Below, piece after piece: positions 42,901-54,154 of a stretch of 64,000 nucleotides of DNA; the stretch's first letter is position 1, and every line of letters begins with the position of its first letter. Below the pieces are notes generated by a model that saw nothing but the letters and a program-made list of their open reading frames with translations, had not been told where the DNA came from and made no database searches. This stretch comes from Macrostomum lignano. Taxonomy: Eukaryota. The stretch is from assembly GCA_002269645.1 (NCBI GenBank), contig NIVC01003521.1, positions 1 to 64,000 on the forward strand. Reading direction: 5' to 3'. Position numbers and translations under genes: made by a program.

Positions 42901-44768
42901 CCAAATTGCAATCGAGTCAAACCAAATTGCAATCAAGTCAAACCAAATTACAATCGAGTCAAACCAAATTACAAGCGAGTCATACCAAATTGCAATCGAG
43001 TCAAACCAAATTGCAATCGAGTCAAACCAAATTGCAATCGAGTCAAACCAAATTGCAATCGAGTCAAATCATATTGCAATCGAGTCAGACCAAATTGCAA
43101 GCAACTCAAACCACATTGCAATTAAATTGCATGGAAGTCACAACCTGCCCAAAAAACATTTCAGCAAGCTGCCGGCGGCAGCGCCAGCGGTAGCGCAGTC
43201 TCTACAACAAAGACAACTACAAAGACTACAACAAAGACGTCAGTAAAGGGATCAGCAAGCACGTCGAAGCAAGGACGCAGCCGCAACGAGGCCCTGAGCG
43301 GCACCGTGCTGATGAAGCTGAGCAGGGCGCGCATGTTCCAGCGCAAGGCCATCTACCGGCTGAAGAAGAAGCTGGCCCGCAGCAGCGGAAAATCGGCCAC
43401 CGCCGCATCCGCCTCGAAGGTGCAGCTGACGGAGAAGGTCATCGGCGGCGAGAAGAACGGTGGCAAGCGTCTGGTGCCGGACCGGCGGTCGCCGAGGAGT
43501 CTGCCAACCAGCGTGCCGCATCGCTACTCGCCGCCGCGGCCGACCAAGTGCTTCAAGGATCACAAGCGGCGTCTGAGGGCCTCCATCACGCCTGGCACGG
43601 TGCTGATCCTCCTTGCTGGCCGGCACCGCGGCAAGCGGGTCGTCTTCCTTCGCCAGCTGTCCAGCGGCCTCCTGCTGGTCACCGGGCCGTTGAAGTTCAA
43701 CGGCTGTCCTCTGCGTCGCATTGCTCAGAGCTACGTTATCGCTACGAAGACGCAAATCGACATCAGCGGAGTCAGCCTGCCGGAGAGAGTCAACGACGCT
43801 TATTTCCGCCGGTGAGCAATACGAGCGCGCGTTGTAGTCAAGTAGCTTTTTGTTGTAGCACTGGTAGTTAGAGAGGGCTGAGGATTCTCCGTGAAAACTG
43901 AATTGACGTCTGGTTAGGACCACGGACCTAAATGTACAGGGAAGACAGCTAAGTGCAGGTTCATCAGGAAAGAATACTGTCTGGGCTGGCTGTGGTAAGA
44001 CTACGGGGTCATTAATTGGATAAGACTACGGGGTCATTGAGTAAGACTACGGGGTCATTGGGTAAGACTACGGGGTCATTGGGTAAGACTACGGGGTCAT
44101 TGGGTAAGACTACGGGGTCATTGGGTAAGACTACGGGGTCATTGGGTAAGACTACGGGGTCATTGGGTAAGACTACGGGGTCATTGGGTAAGACTACGGG
44201 GTCATTGGGTAAGACTACGGGGTCATTGGGTAAGACTACGGGGTCATTGGGTAAGACTACGGGGTCATTGGGTAAGACTACGGGGTCATTGGGTAAGACT
44301 ACGGGGTCATTGGGTAAGACTACGGAGTCATTGGGTAAGACTACGGGGTCATTGGGTAAGACTACGGGGTCATTGGGTAAGACTACGGGGTCATTGGGTA
44401 AGACTACGGGGTCATTGGGGCTAGACTACAAGGTCAGTGGGTAAGACTACGCAGTCATCGGGTAAGACTGGGTTCTAACAAACAGGAAATCCCCAAAGCT
44501 AGCACGCATTGAAACTGTGTCTCTCTCTCTCTCTGGCAGGGCCAAGCAGCTGCAGGCCAAGCGGGCCAAGCCCAGCTCAGCCGATCCGTTCGCCAAGCCG
44601 CAGTCGGCCTATCAGCTGGTTGACGAGAGGCGCGAGGACCAGAAGGCGGTGGACTCGCAGGTGATGACGGCTATTCGAGCATCTCCGGACGCCAAGATGC
44701 TGGCCAGCTACATGAGAAGCCTGTTCAGCTTGAGGAACGGGCAGAAGCCGCACGAGATGGTGTTCTAG
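39993..44768 (+). CDS. RPL6: Predicted fusion: two EF-hands (TAL-like) + S/T/K/G linker + 60S ribosomal protein eL6, about 374 aa
   Basis: Exons 39993-39995 (ATG|gtgagc, putative), 41005-41087, 41192-41354, 43165-43811, 44540-44768 (1125 nt, in frame). EF loops [12 protein letters not shown] and [12 protein letters not shown]. eL6 motifs [65 protein letters not shown]. eL6 and EF-hand identities are high confidence; the fusion junction is about 0.7. Confidence 0.8.
40050..40935. repeat. 44-49-nt minisatellite in first intron of the EF-hand/RPL6 locus
   Basis: Unit cagatcaaacacagtcacggtcagagcagacagcacaccactga. Confidence 0.96.
41578..43125. repeat. 21-nt minisatellite (about 73 copies) with a 609-nt higher-order duplication, between the EF-hand and eL6 exons
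   Basis: Unit caaaccaaattgcaatcgaat. The rare variant caaaata recurs at about 41895 and 42504 (29 units apart). Confidence 0.96.
43995..44465. repeat. 21-nt minisatellite in last RPL6 intron
   Basis: Unit gggtaagactacggggtcatt, about 20 copies. Confidence 0.97.
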
Positions 44769-46259
44769 GACTGTTGCTGGAATTTTGTTGCCGTTAGAGC
44801 TACGAACTGGCTTGTGTGCTGTTTGGAACTTCTATTTTGGAAATGCTGTTCGACAAATAGATGGTTGAAATGTGCGCTCTTCGTTGACTGTGGATTTTCT
44901 CTGGACTTTGGACTCTTTCATTTTTACTCGTAGCGTCATGGCTATTGAAGCAATTGAAAGCAGTTTACAGTTACACAAATTTATGACAAAAATGAATAAG
45001 TAAATACCATGACTCATCACTCATCACATAGGCAAAGCTCAGAGCATGGAGTTTAATAAGCTTACTAAAAGGCTCATCAAGTACATACTTTTCGTTGCGC
45101 TGGAACATAACGGCGTAATTGAGGGAGGTGTGAGCCAGTCTTTAGGATGCGAACAAACGATTAAATATTTTACACGAAAACGTTCTTCTCTCAGATTACG
45201 AGTATTCAAGGGACGAAATGCAACGCAGAAAATATCATCTGCTTAAGCTAAAAAAAGTATAACAAAAAGTTAATAGATCAATCAAGGACTTATTTAATAC
45301 TTCTAGTCCATTTCTGTCTTAAATGCATATTAAAGAATATAGACTTCCTAATACTGTGTTAGGCTGGCTGACCATAGACATATACGAGTATAATACGAGC
45401 AACGGGAAAAACAGTAAGCAAAATTTATTCAGTTTATTATCTTGAGTACAACTTTAGTTTTAATTTTTCATTTTATTATGCGATACAATTTCAAAAGAGA
45501 ATAAACTGTTCTCATATCTAAAAGTTAATATAAGGTTGCTGAAATATTTCTCTAAGAATTAGCTACTGTACTTTTAAATTGAGTTCACCCGAGCGCTACG
45601 ATGCTTTTCCTATGACATTGAAAACGTATTTATGAATTGCTTAATTTTTATTATTTTATTTAAACAAAACGTAACCCCTTAACAAAACCAAATAGCATCT
45701 TAAAATATATATCTGAGCATTCTTTACATTTGTTCTTTGTTCTTTTAACACTAGATTTTTTGCGGTGCAAAATTTTGTAGCGTCGCAATTTAGTTTTTGT
45801 TAAAATTGACGAATAATTAGGTATTACATGTAATTGTTTTTATGATTCATAACTGTTTGATAATTGATTAGTCAGGGGAAGTCCTCTTTAAAAACTTTTA
45901 CGAGGAGTTTTAAGGATTTAGAAGTGCTTTATTGGCTTTTTTATTTTAGGGATGCTTTTTTGTAGCGAATTTAAACTCACTTTGCAAGCGTAATTTTGAG
46001 AAATTTTTATTACAACTATACTTTTAATTAATGGATTTGTTAGTTCCGAGACAGATAGACAAACATTTAATTTAAACTATCCTCTGCATATTGAAAATTT
46101 TAATTTTTCAACATTTATAAATGATTAATTTGTTTAAATGCCTATCTAAATACCTCTTCGGAAACCTGTAATGGCTACTGGAGAAAAAAAGTTGTTAACT
46201 GTTTGCTAATTATCAGAAAAAAATCTATTGTTGCTATTTGCAAAGCTATGCAGTATATG

Positions 46260-46751
46260 TTATGTATCATCGGCGGAAGCAGTGGCAGAATCAGTGGCAG
46301 CAGGAGCAGCGTCAGGAGCAGTGGCAGAAGCAGTGGCAGAATCAGTGGCAGCGGAGACAGCGCCAAAACTCCTCGCTAGAGCGCGCCGACCAGCTCGATG
46401 CGCGTACCCGCCTGGCAGCAGGCGGTCCACCGCCCAGGCCAGGTCGGCGTCTGTCAGGGTGCGCCGGCCGGCCAGACGAGACCAGGCGCCAGCGGTCTCG
46501 GCCAGCAGATCAAAGGCGCCGACAATCAGACAGTCGAGCGTTCGCACCGCCTCGCATGAGATGCGGGCGCCCGGCTGCACGGCTTGCAGAGTGGCATAAA
46601 TCTCCTTGGAGAAGCTGCAATCTGGCGACCAACTTTTTTTTGATTGGCGGCGCGCGAAATTGGAGCTGAATGGCGCTAAGCGCCTCTTTCTGCTGCTACT
46701 ACCAGAAGAAGCCATTTTTCTACTGCACGGCTCGTACGTATTGACGACCAT
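46260..46751 (-). CDS. Highly divergent histone H2B variant with C-terminal Ala/Thr/Ser/Asp extension
   Basis: SFSKEIYATLQAVQPGARISCEAVRTL...FDLLA..A......RRTLTDADLAWAVDRLLPG aligns to the H2B fold ([24 protein letters not shown]...FERIA.EA...[20 protein letters not shown]). Start at 46751 or 46715. Confidence 0.8.
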   Translation of the reverse strand: MVVNTYEPCSRKMASSGSSSRKRRLAPFSSNFARRQSKKSWSPDCSFSKEIYATLQAVQPGARISCEAVRTLDCLIVGAFDLLAETAGAWSRLAGRRTLTDADLAWAVDRLLPGGYAHRAGRRALARSFGAVSAATDSATASATAPDAAPAATDSATASADDT

Positions 46752-47024
46752 AAATCAACTGCTTCACTGCGTTTTAGGAATGGCTGATTTGAAATGACAA
46801 ACTTTCATGCAGATGGCTCGTAAAAAACTGTCTATGGGGAGCTGGCCGACAGATGGGCAATTTTTACGCAATGGGCGCGACGGGTTGAGCTTCTAGTGTA
46901 CATATACCGTAGGGGGGTTGAAAATATTGAGCCAATGTGTACACTCTTGCCGCAGTTTATAGGTTTTCACTTTCATTAATGTACAAAAGCTTCGTAGTTA
47001 GGCTTTGGTTCCTGTCAAAAATCA

Positions 47025-47270
47025 AGACGGTAGGGTCAGGGGCAGCCAGTGAATAAGACAAGCAGTCAGGCCCGACTGAGAACACACACGCTCACACAGG
47101 GTGTACATCGGCCCCGACTTTCTCGTCATCTGGCATATACACTCTTGGTGCTTTGGGGGTTGGATTGATGAAGCGCACAAGCCACAAGAATGAATGCGGC
47201 CGCGCACTGAAGCGAACCAGGGGTCGCGACGCCAGAGTCAGACGCGCTTAGCGCTAAGCTGAGCAACTCT
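47025..47270 (-). mobile_element. tRNA-derived SINE family 2, near full-length copy
   Basis: tRNA-like head (cagcttagcgctaagcgcg...ggttcgcttc) plus a body shared with 48030-48230 (caacc.ccaa.gcac.agagtgta.atgc...agaaagtc.gggcc..tgtacaccctg.gtgagc). Confidence 0.7.
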
Positions 47271-47751
47271 CTGTGACAGAACAAGGAACTTAAAGTTGAA
47301 ACTTCTGAAAAATTATGAAAACAACAAACTTAATTGAAACGCTAAACTCTTACGCTGAGTTCTGTGTTTGCGGGGAACGTAAGAGCCCACCTTGGGCATT
47401 ATGCACAGTGAGTCAGTCTTATTTTTGCTTAAATGAGCATAAGTTTACCTATGTACTTAGAATGCCTCTGTGCAACCTTTCTGCTCTCCCCATCTTACTA
47501 AAAAAAAATAGATGTTCTCAGCGAACTTGCATCCACTCTGTGTGTCTCTTCTTTGACTTGCTATCTGCGTGCTATTGTATTGTGTATAAACTCGCTTTCT
47601 GGCGTCTCCAGTTATCAAAAGCACTCGAAGCTCTCTGCTGCGGCACCAGTTAGCAACTAATTCAACAATATTTCATAATTTGCTTAACAATAATAAACCC
47701 CAGCAGCCAAAGCAGCTGCAACAAGCATAAGTCAGCTCGAACATATCTGGA

Positions 47752-50700
47752 ATGCAAAAACAGCAACGTCAAAAGCAGCAGCAGCCAGAAGAAAGCAGCC
47801 ATGCTCCAGTCAGCAGACGTCAGTCAGCTTATCAGCAGGAGCAGCAGCCGAAGCAAGAGTGGATGCCGCTGCCCGACTCGCCTGGCGGCTACCCGCCTGG
47901 CCTGCGCTACCTCATGCAGGTGGACCAGCTTATCATCAAGCAGCAGAAGGAGGTGATGGAGAGTGAGTACTGGGCTCTGCATTGATTAGTTGTTTATTTA
48001 ATCCAAGAGGCTTTGGGCTCTTCTGCATTACGCTGACCCCTGAGCACATACAGGCTCACTCAGGGTGTACAGCGGCCCTGACTTTCTATGAACCAGACAG
48101 TGCATGTACACTCTGTGCCTTGGAGGTTGGCCCTCATGGGCATCGAATCGCAAGATAATCCCTAGGCTAATCTCCGTGCACGCGGACGGAATTGCGCAAG
48201 AGTCGGACGTGTTATTGGCGAGTCACCTCTTAACGCCATCTCTCAAATTTATGCTTCTAAGATAAAAAACACTTTTTTAGTATTGTGATTTATTAAGTAA
48301 TAAAACTATTGCTACAAAATCGACAGTTCTGATTGGCCTGGACCTGCCTAATCAATACGTTGTGCTCAACACAATGGGTCAGCCGATCTACTTTGCTAAC
48401 GAGAGTAAGTCTAGTTTGTCATGACGCTGTTTGTTAGTTCTGACTGGTTTTATGGATCAATTGTGTCTGATAGTAGGTTAGGCTTTTGGCGTTGGTCATC
48501 AATCCAATCAAATTGGTCATTAGTGTTGGTCATCAATCCAATCAAATTGGTCATTAGTGTTGGTCACCAATCCAATCAAATTGGTCAGTTAGTGTTGGTC
48601 ATCAGTCATATCAAATTGGTCAGTTAGTGTTGGTCATCAGTCATATCAAATTGGTCAGTTAGTGTTGGTCATCAGTCATATCAAATTGGTCAGTTAGTGT
48701 TGGTCATCAGTCATATCAAATTGGTCAGTTAGTGTTGGTCATCAGTCATATCAAATTGGTCAGTTAGTGTTGGTCATCAGTCATATCAAATTGGTCAGTT
48801 AGTGTTGGTCATCAGTCATATCAAATTGGTCATTAGTGTTGGTCATCAGTCATATCAAATTGGTCAGTTAGTGTTGGTCATCAGTCATATCAAATTGGTC
48901 AGTTAGTGTTGGTCATCAATCCAATCAAATTGGTCAGTTAGTGTTGGTCATCAGTCATATCAAATTGGTCAGTTAGTGTTGGTCATCAGTCATATCAAAT
49001 TGGTCAGTTAGTGTTGGTCATCAGTCATATCAAATTGGTCAGTTAGTGTTGGTCATCAGTCATATCAAATTGGTCAGTTAGTGTTGGTCATCAGTCATAT
49101 CAAATTGGTCAGTTAGTGTTGGTATCAGTCATATCAAATTGGTCATTAGTGTTGGTCATCAGTCATATCAAATTGGTCAGTTAGTGTTGGTCATCAGTCA
49201 TATCAAATTGGTCAGTTAGTGTTGGTCATCAGTCATATCAAATTGGTCAGTTAGTGTTGGTCATCAGTCATATCAAATTGGTCAGTTAGTGTTTGTCTCC
49301 ATCTTTCAAAGCCAAGACATTTCAAATACCCTCCATTCGCAACACCTCAGAATCGAGCAGCGTCGCTCGAAACTGCTGCGGCGCGGCGCGACCATTTGAG
49401 TTGAACATCACGGACATCAGCGGAGAGGAGGTGATCCACGTGTCCAGGCCCTACCGGTGCATGTGCCTTCACCAGGGCCTGTCCTGCCTCAACTGTTGCA
49501 AAGACTTGGTCACGGTTGAGGCCCCGCCCGGCCAGCTGGTCGGCCAGGTCAGGCAAATCCATCGCCGCTGCGAGGCCACCTACGAGATTTTGGACTCGGC
49601 AGGGGACAAAGTGCTCAGCATTGACGGGCCGAATTACTGCCACTGCTACTGTCCGGGCGACGATATTCCCTTCTCGGTGGGTTCCTATGCTGGTTTTTTA
49701 ATTTAACACTTCAACCCCTGCAACAGCTCAAAACTGCAACACCTCAAACCCCGCAACACCTCAAACCCTGAAACACCTCAAACCCTGAAACACCTCAAAC
49801 CCTGCAACAGCTCAAAACTGCAACACCTCAAACCCCGCAACACCTCAAACCCTGAAACACCTCAAACCCTGAAACACCTCAAACCCTGAAACACCTCAAA
49901 CCCTGCAACACCTCAAACCCTGAAACACCTCAAACCTTGCAACAGCTCAAACCCTGCAACACCTCAAACCCTGCAAATACTCAAATCCTGCAACACCTCA
50001 AACCCTGCAACACCTCAAACCCTGCAAATACTCAAATCCTGCAACACCTCAAACCCTGCAACCTCAAACCCTGCAACACCCCAACCCCTGCAACACCTCA
50101 AACCCTGCAACACCTCAAACCCTGCAAATACTCAAATCCTGCAACACCTCAAACCCTGCAACACCTCAAACCCTGCAACACCCCAACCCCTGCAACACCT
50201 CAAACCCTGCAACACCCCAACCCCTGCAACACATCGAAACCTGCAACACCTCAACTCCTACAACACCTCAACTCCTACACCTCCAACCCTGCAATCAGTA
50301 ATTACAGACAGCAGACATTTGTATACCCGAAAAACCAGTTTTAGTTGGACGATCATCCAGTTTTTACACATTTATTTTTAGAACAGCAACAAAAACAGCA
50401 AGAGCATTTTTGTCTTTATCTTTATAGCTTTGTTTCGACAATGGTAGTTTAGGTTGTCTGTACAGACTCATAAGAGTGTTTATCAATTTTAGCTTTGTGG
50501 CATACGAGCTATGAGCTTAAACTCAAAAGCCATTTGGAAACCATGTTGATCCATAATTTTATGTGTAGCGCCTTTAAATAATAAAACTATCAGGTCCGCA
50601 CGCACGATGGTGAAGAGGTGGGCCGAGTCTCCCGCCAGTGGTCCAATCTGATGCAGGAGTACTTCACAGATGCCGACAATTTTGGCATCACATTTCCAAT

Positions 50701-51058
50701 GGATTTGCACTTCAACGTGAAAGCAACCATCATTGGAGCTTGTTTCTTAATTGTGAGTTCAGCTCAGCCGATTGGAGTGATGGTCGAGCTGATTGGGGTG
50801 GTGGCCCAGCTGATTGGGGTGGTGGCCCAGCTGATTGGGGTGGTGGCCCAGCTGATTGGGGTGGTGGTCCAGCTGATTGGGGTGGTGGCCCAGCTGATTG
50901 GGGTGGTGGCCCAGCTGATTGGGGTGGTGGCTCAGCTGATTGGTGTGATTGTCATTATAAAAAAGTTTTGGTACAAAATGAAGAAACAATTTATAATTAA
51001 ATACAAACTTCAATTCCAGGACTTTATGTTCTTTGAGAAAGGCGGCAGAATGTACTGA
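47752..51058 (+). CDS. PLSCR: Phospholipid scramblase family protein, 5 exons
   Basis: Exons 47752-47962, 48327-48404, 49351-49676, 50594-50752, 51020-51058. Motifs: [60 protein letters not shown]...[17 protein letters not shown]. Confidence 0.95.
48030..48230 (-). mobile_element. Diverged copy of SINE family 2 in scramblase intron 1
   Basis: Body colinear with 47025-47200. Confidence 0.6.
48495..49292. repeat. 35-nt minisatellite, scramblase intron 2
   Basis: Unit caaattggtcagttagtgttggtcatcagtcatat. Confidence 0.97.
49710..50292. repeat. 17-nt minisatellite, scramblase intron 3
   Basis: Unit ctcaaaccctgcaacac and variants. Confidence 0.95.
50768..50945. repeat. 21-nt minisatellite, scramblase intron 4
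   Basis: Unit ctgattggggtggtggcccag. Confidence 0.95.
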
Positions 51059-51834
51059 CAGTGGCATCAACATGGTCAAGGATCGCTTCATCCAATGTGT
51101 CGCTCATTTTTCTAACTTTTGAACTGCCACTGGACGAGAATCTTGCTGACTTTAACTTACAATTACAAGTATCTGTATTTATTGCGAATAGTTGTTACCG
51201 GAGCTAGTCTTTCATAAAGGATTGTAAGCAGTTGTAATTTGGTCATCTGCTGCTTGTAATTTTTAGTCGATGATCAAGAAGCTGAAGCCTTCTAGACTCC
51301 AGTGCTGCTGCGTAAATTAATTCGAAATTGTTTTCTACTAACTACGAGTATAAAATTTTTAACGCTTAGCTAAGTGCCTTAAGATGTAGCCATGCATGTT
51401 TCTATGAATATAATAGGTGATTGGGGTGGTAGTAGGTAGTAGTAAGTAGTAGTCTCTATAGTAAGCTATAGAGACATTTTAACTGTCAAATTAGCTACCT
51501 TTTAGTTTAAAGAATACCGCTGGAAACCGACTGGCAAGCAAGCACAACTTAAGCAAGATTTGCTGCAGAAACTTCCAAATCAAATTACCTGGAAGATTAC
51601 CGGCATTCAATTAATAACGGTAAAATTTATAATTAACCTCGTGTCTTGAAACCTAGAACAATATTGAAGTGCTGATCCGGCGTACTCAGATTCGTCTTGA
51701 GTTAAATGTACTCTACGAGCTACTTCTGTTTATCTTCACAAATATCCATGTAAATTATTGCGGTAAGCTGTTATCGTGGCTGAATGTTTTTTACTTACAA
51801 TTTTGTCACTGTCAATGAGGGTGTTTGTCTAGCT

Positions 51835-52345
51835 GATGAGGATGTTAGCCCAGCTGTCATGAGGATGTTAGCCCAGCTGATGAAGATTATAGCCCAGCTG
51901 ATGAGGATGTTAGCCAGCTGATGAGGATGTTAGCCAGCTGATGAAGATTATAGCCCAGCTGATGAGGATGTTCGCACAGCTGATGAGGATGTTAGCCCAG
52001 CTGTCATGAGGATGTTAGCCCAGCTGATGAGGATGTTAGCCCAGCTGTCATGAAGATGTTAACCCAGCTGATGAGAATGTTAGCCTAGCTGATGAGGATG
52101 TTAGCCCAGTTGATGAGGATGTTAGCCAGCTGATGATGATGTTAGCCGAGCTGATGAATATTATAGCCCAGCTGATGAGGATGTTAGCCCAGCTGATGAG
52201 GATGTTAGCCCAGCTGTCATGAAGATGTTAACCCAGCTGATGAGGATGTTAGCCTAGCTGATGAGGATGTTAGCCCAGTTGATGAGGATGTTAGCCCGGC
52301 TGATAAGGATGTTAGCCCAGCTGATGAGGATGTTAGCCAGGCTGA
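51835..52345. repeat. 21-nt minisatellite, intergenic
   Basis: Unit ctgatgaggatgttagcccag. Confidence 0.95.
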
Positions 52346-52676
52346 TGAAGATCTTGAACCCGAAGGATTCTGGGATTAATGGTGAATCCAAGTCACTGGA
52401 TGTTGTTAGACCTTTTACTTTCGACTTGCCGACAAAATTAAGTCTAAACTATGAGCAGCAGAATTAGACAAAACAGTTCAACATTATTAAGCAAACGAAG
52501 CGAAGCCGTTTGCGAATAAAAAACGTTGAAACAGGATTTTTAATGAGCTGTTTGTTAATTGAGCATCCGGTGTCTTAATTAAAGTTATGTATGTCAAAAG
52601 TTGCACCTTTAGTGCACGCTTTCACTCATCGGCAGAAACTGCATCATTACACACGAGCAGTTCAATAATAATGCAG

Positions 52677-54154
52677 CTAAATCCGGACAGAAGGGTTCGG
52701 CTGAGTTTTGACAGCTTTTGAGCCTGCCGCCGCTGGTTTATCAGCCGCTTTACTGGCGCCAGCTTCGGTGGGAGCGGCGGCAACGGTGCTTGTTCTGGCG
52801 CTGCTTCTGGCTTTGGCGCCGGAGTGAGCAGCGGCTTCGGTACCGACTTTTGCTCTGCCAATATTGGAGCTGATTCTGCTGCTCCTGACGCTGCGAACCA
52901 CTCCAGTATCGACGCCTGGGCCGCTGCGCCCGGCTCCCGCCTGGCCGGCGCTTAAGCTTAACGTGCTGCCCCTACCGCCGTCGAACTCCTCGAACTCGAG
53001 TCTTTCCTCCTCCTCCTCAGCTTCGCGCCGTGCCGCGCGCCATCTTTTCTCGTAGATACTGAGCTCGTAGACAATATAGATGGCGACAATGATCACCAGC
53101 TGGATGATCAGCACGATCAGAGGGACCAGGTAGGCGCGAGGGTGCTTCACCCGCAGGTAGATGTTTAAAGAGTTTTTGCCGCGGTCATTCTTAGCGCGAC
53201 AGACGTACTGACTGCGGTGCCTGAAGTAATGGGTGGTCGTCAATGACATTTGGCTGGAGAATATTAATGCAAAGTATATCGGACTGGTATTTATGGGTGG
53301 GGAGCTGAGTATATGGCAACGCGTCCGATAGTCACGCCAATGTACCACATTAATTTGGGGCTCATTCTAAAAAGTTAAGCTTCTAAGGCTTGTCATGTCA
53401 CTCACAAACACGAGGGTCTAACTCCAAGGCGCGCGTGTCTAAGATTCTTTGTTTAATTAAACAACACAGTAAGTAGCTCCCAGACCTACTTGTAGTAGTC
53501 CAATTTGGCGAATTCCAGCTTGTCTCCTTTCCCAACCGGCACCTCCTGCCTCTGTTTATCGACCAGTTGAATCTTGAACCATGTGACTTCAGCAGTCGGA
53601 TAGCCGCGCACCTCGCAGGTGACAGAGAGCCGGCTGCCGTGAATAGCGGGCAGGTCGGCCTGTTTAGCGTAGGCCTCGCGATCCGCCTCTTTCTCGTAGC
53701 CGCCGCCTTCAATGCTGAGGCTCAACAGCGGCACAGACAGGAATGCGATGGTGGTGCTGAATTTCTGACCGTTGCTTTCTCCCGCGCACGTGTAAGCCGA
53801 TGCCTTCGCCAGCTTGGATTTGCTCAGCGTCACTTTGGCTCGAAATGTTTTCTTATCGCCGGACAACTCGCTGGCTACAGCTGGCTGCGAACTGGCGTCG
53901 CCCAGGGTCTGCAGGCTGATCTTCGGATCCTTCAGCTCGCTCGTCCCAACCAGCTCGCAACTGATGGACAGGTCCTCGTTGGTTGACTTGATTTGAAGCT
54001 CGGGTCCCAGCTTATATCGATTAAACACGCTGGTCTCAGTTTTCTTTACAGGCACTGTAGCGTTGTGTCCGACAATTTTTACCGAGGCGCTTACGGCTAG
54101 GGCTAATGAAGCCAGCTGTAGAAAGACTGTGAGATACAGTCTCTTCTCAACCAT
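52677..54154 (-). CDS. Basigin/neuroplastin-like Ig-superfamily type I membrane protein, 2 exons
   Basis: Exons 54154-53490 and 53220-52677 (aa|g junction). Signal peptide, two Ig-like domains (ISCEL...YTCAG; VTCEVRGYP..EVTW...YVCRAKN), and TM LRVKH..AYLVPLIVLIIQLVIIVAIYIVYE, which matches the basigin TM spacing. Confidence 0.75.

Noticed and set aside
41583-43193. 536-aa QTKLQSN coiled-coil-like ORF
   Set aside because: It is a translation of a 21-nt intronic minisatellite: non-ATG start, no usable splice link, and out of frame with eL6.
43252-43923. Antisense ORFs over GC-rich exons (also 144-476, 4700-5242, 52622-52861, 53567-53986)
   Set aside because: These are shadow frames of well-supported genes caused by high GC codon bias.
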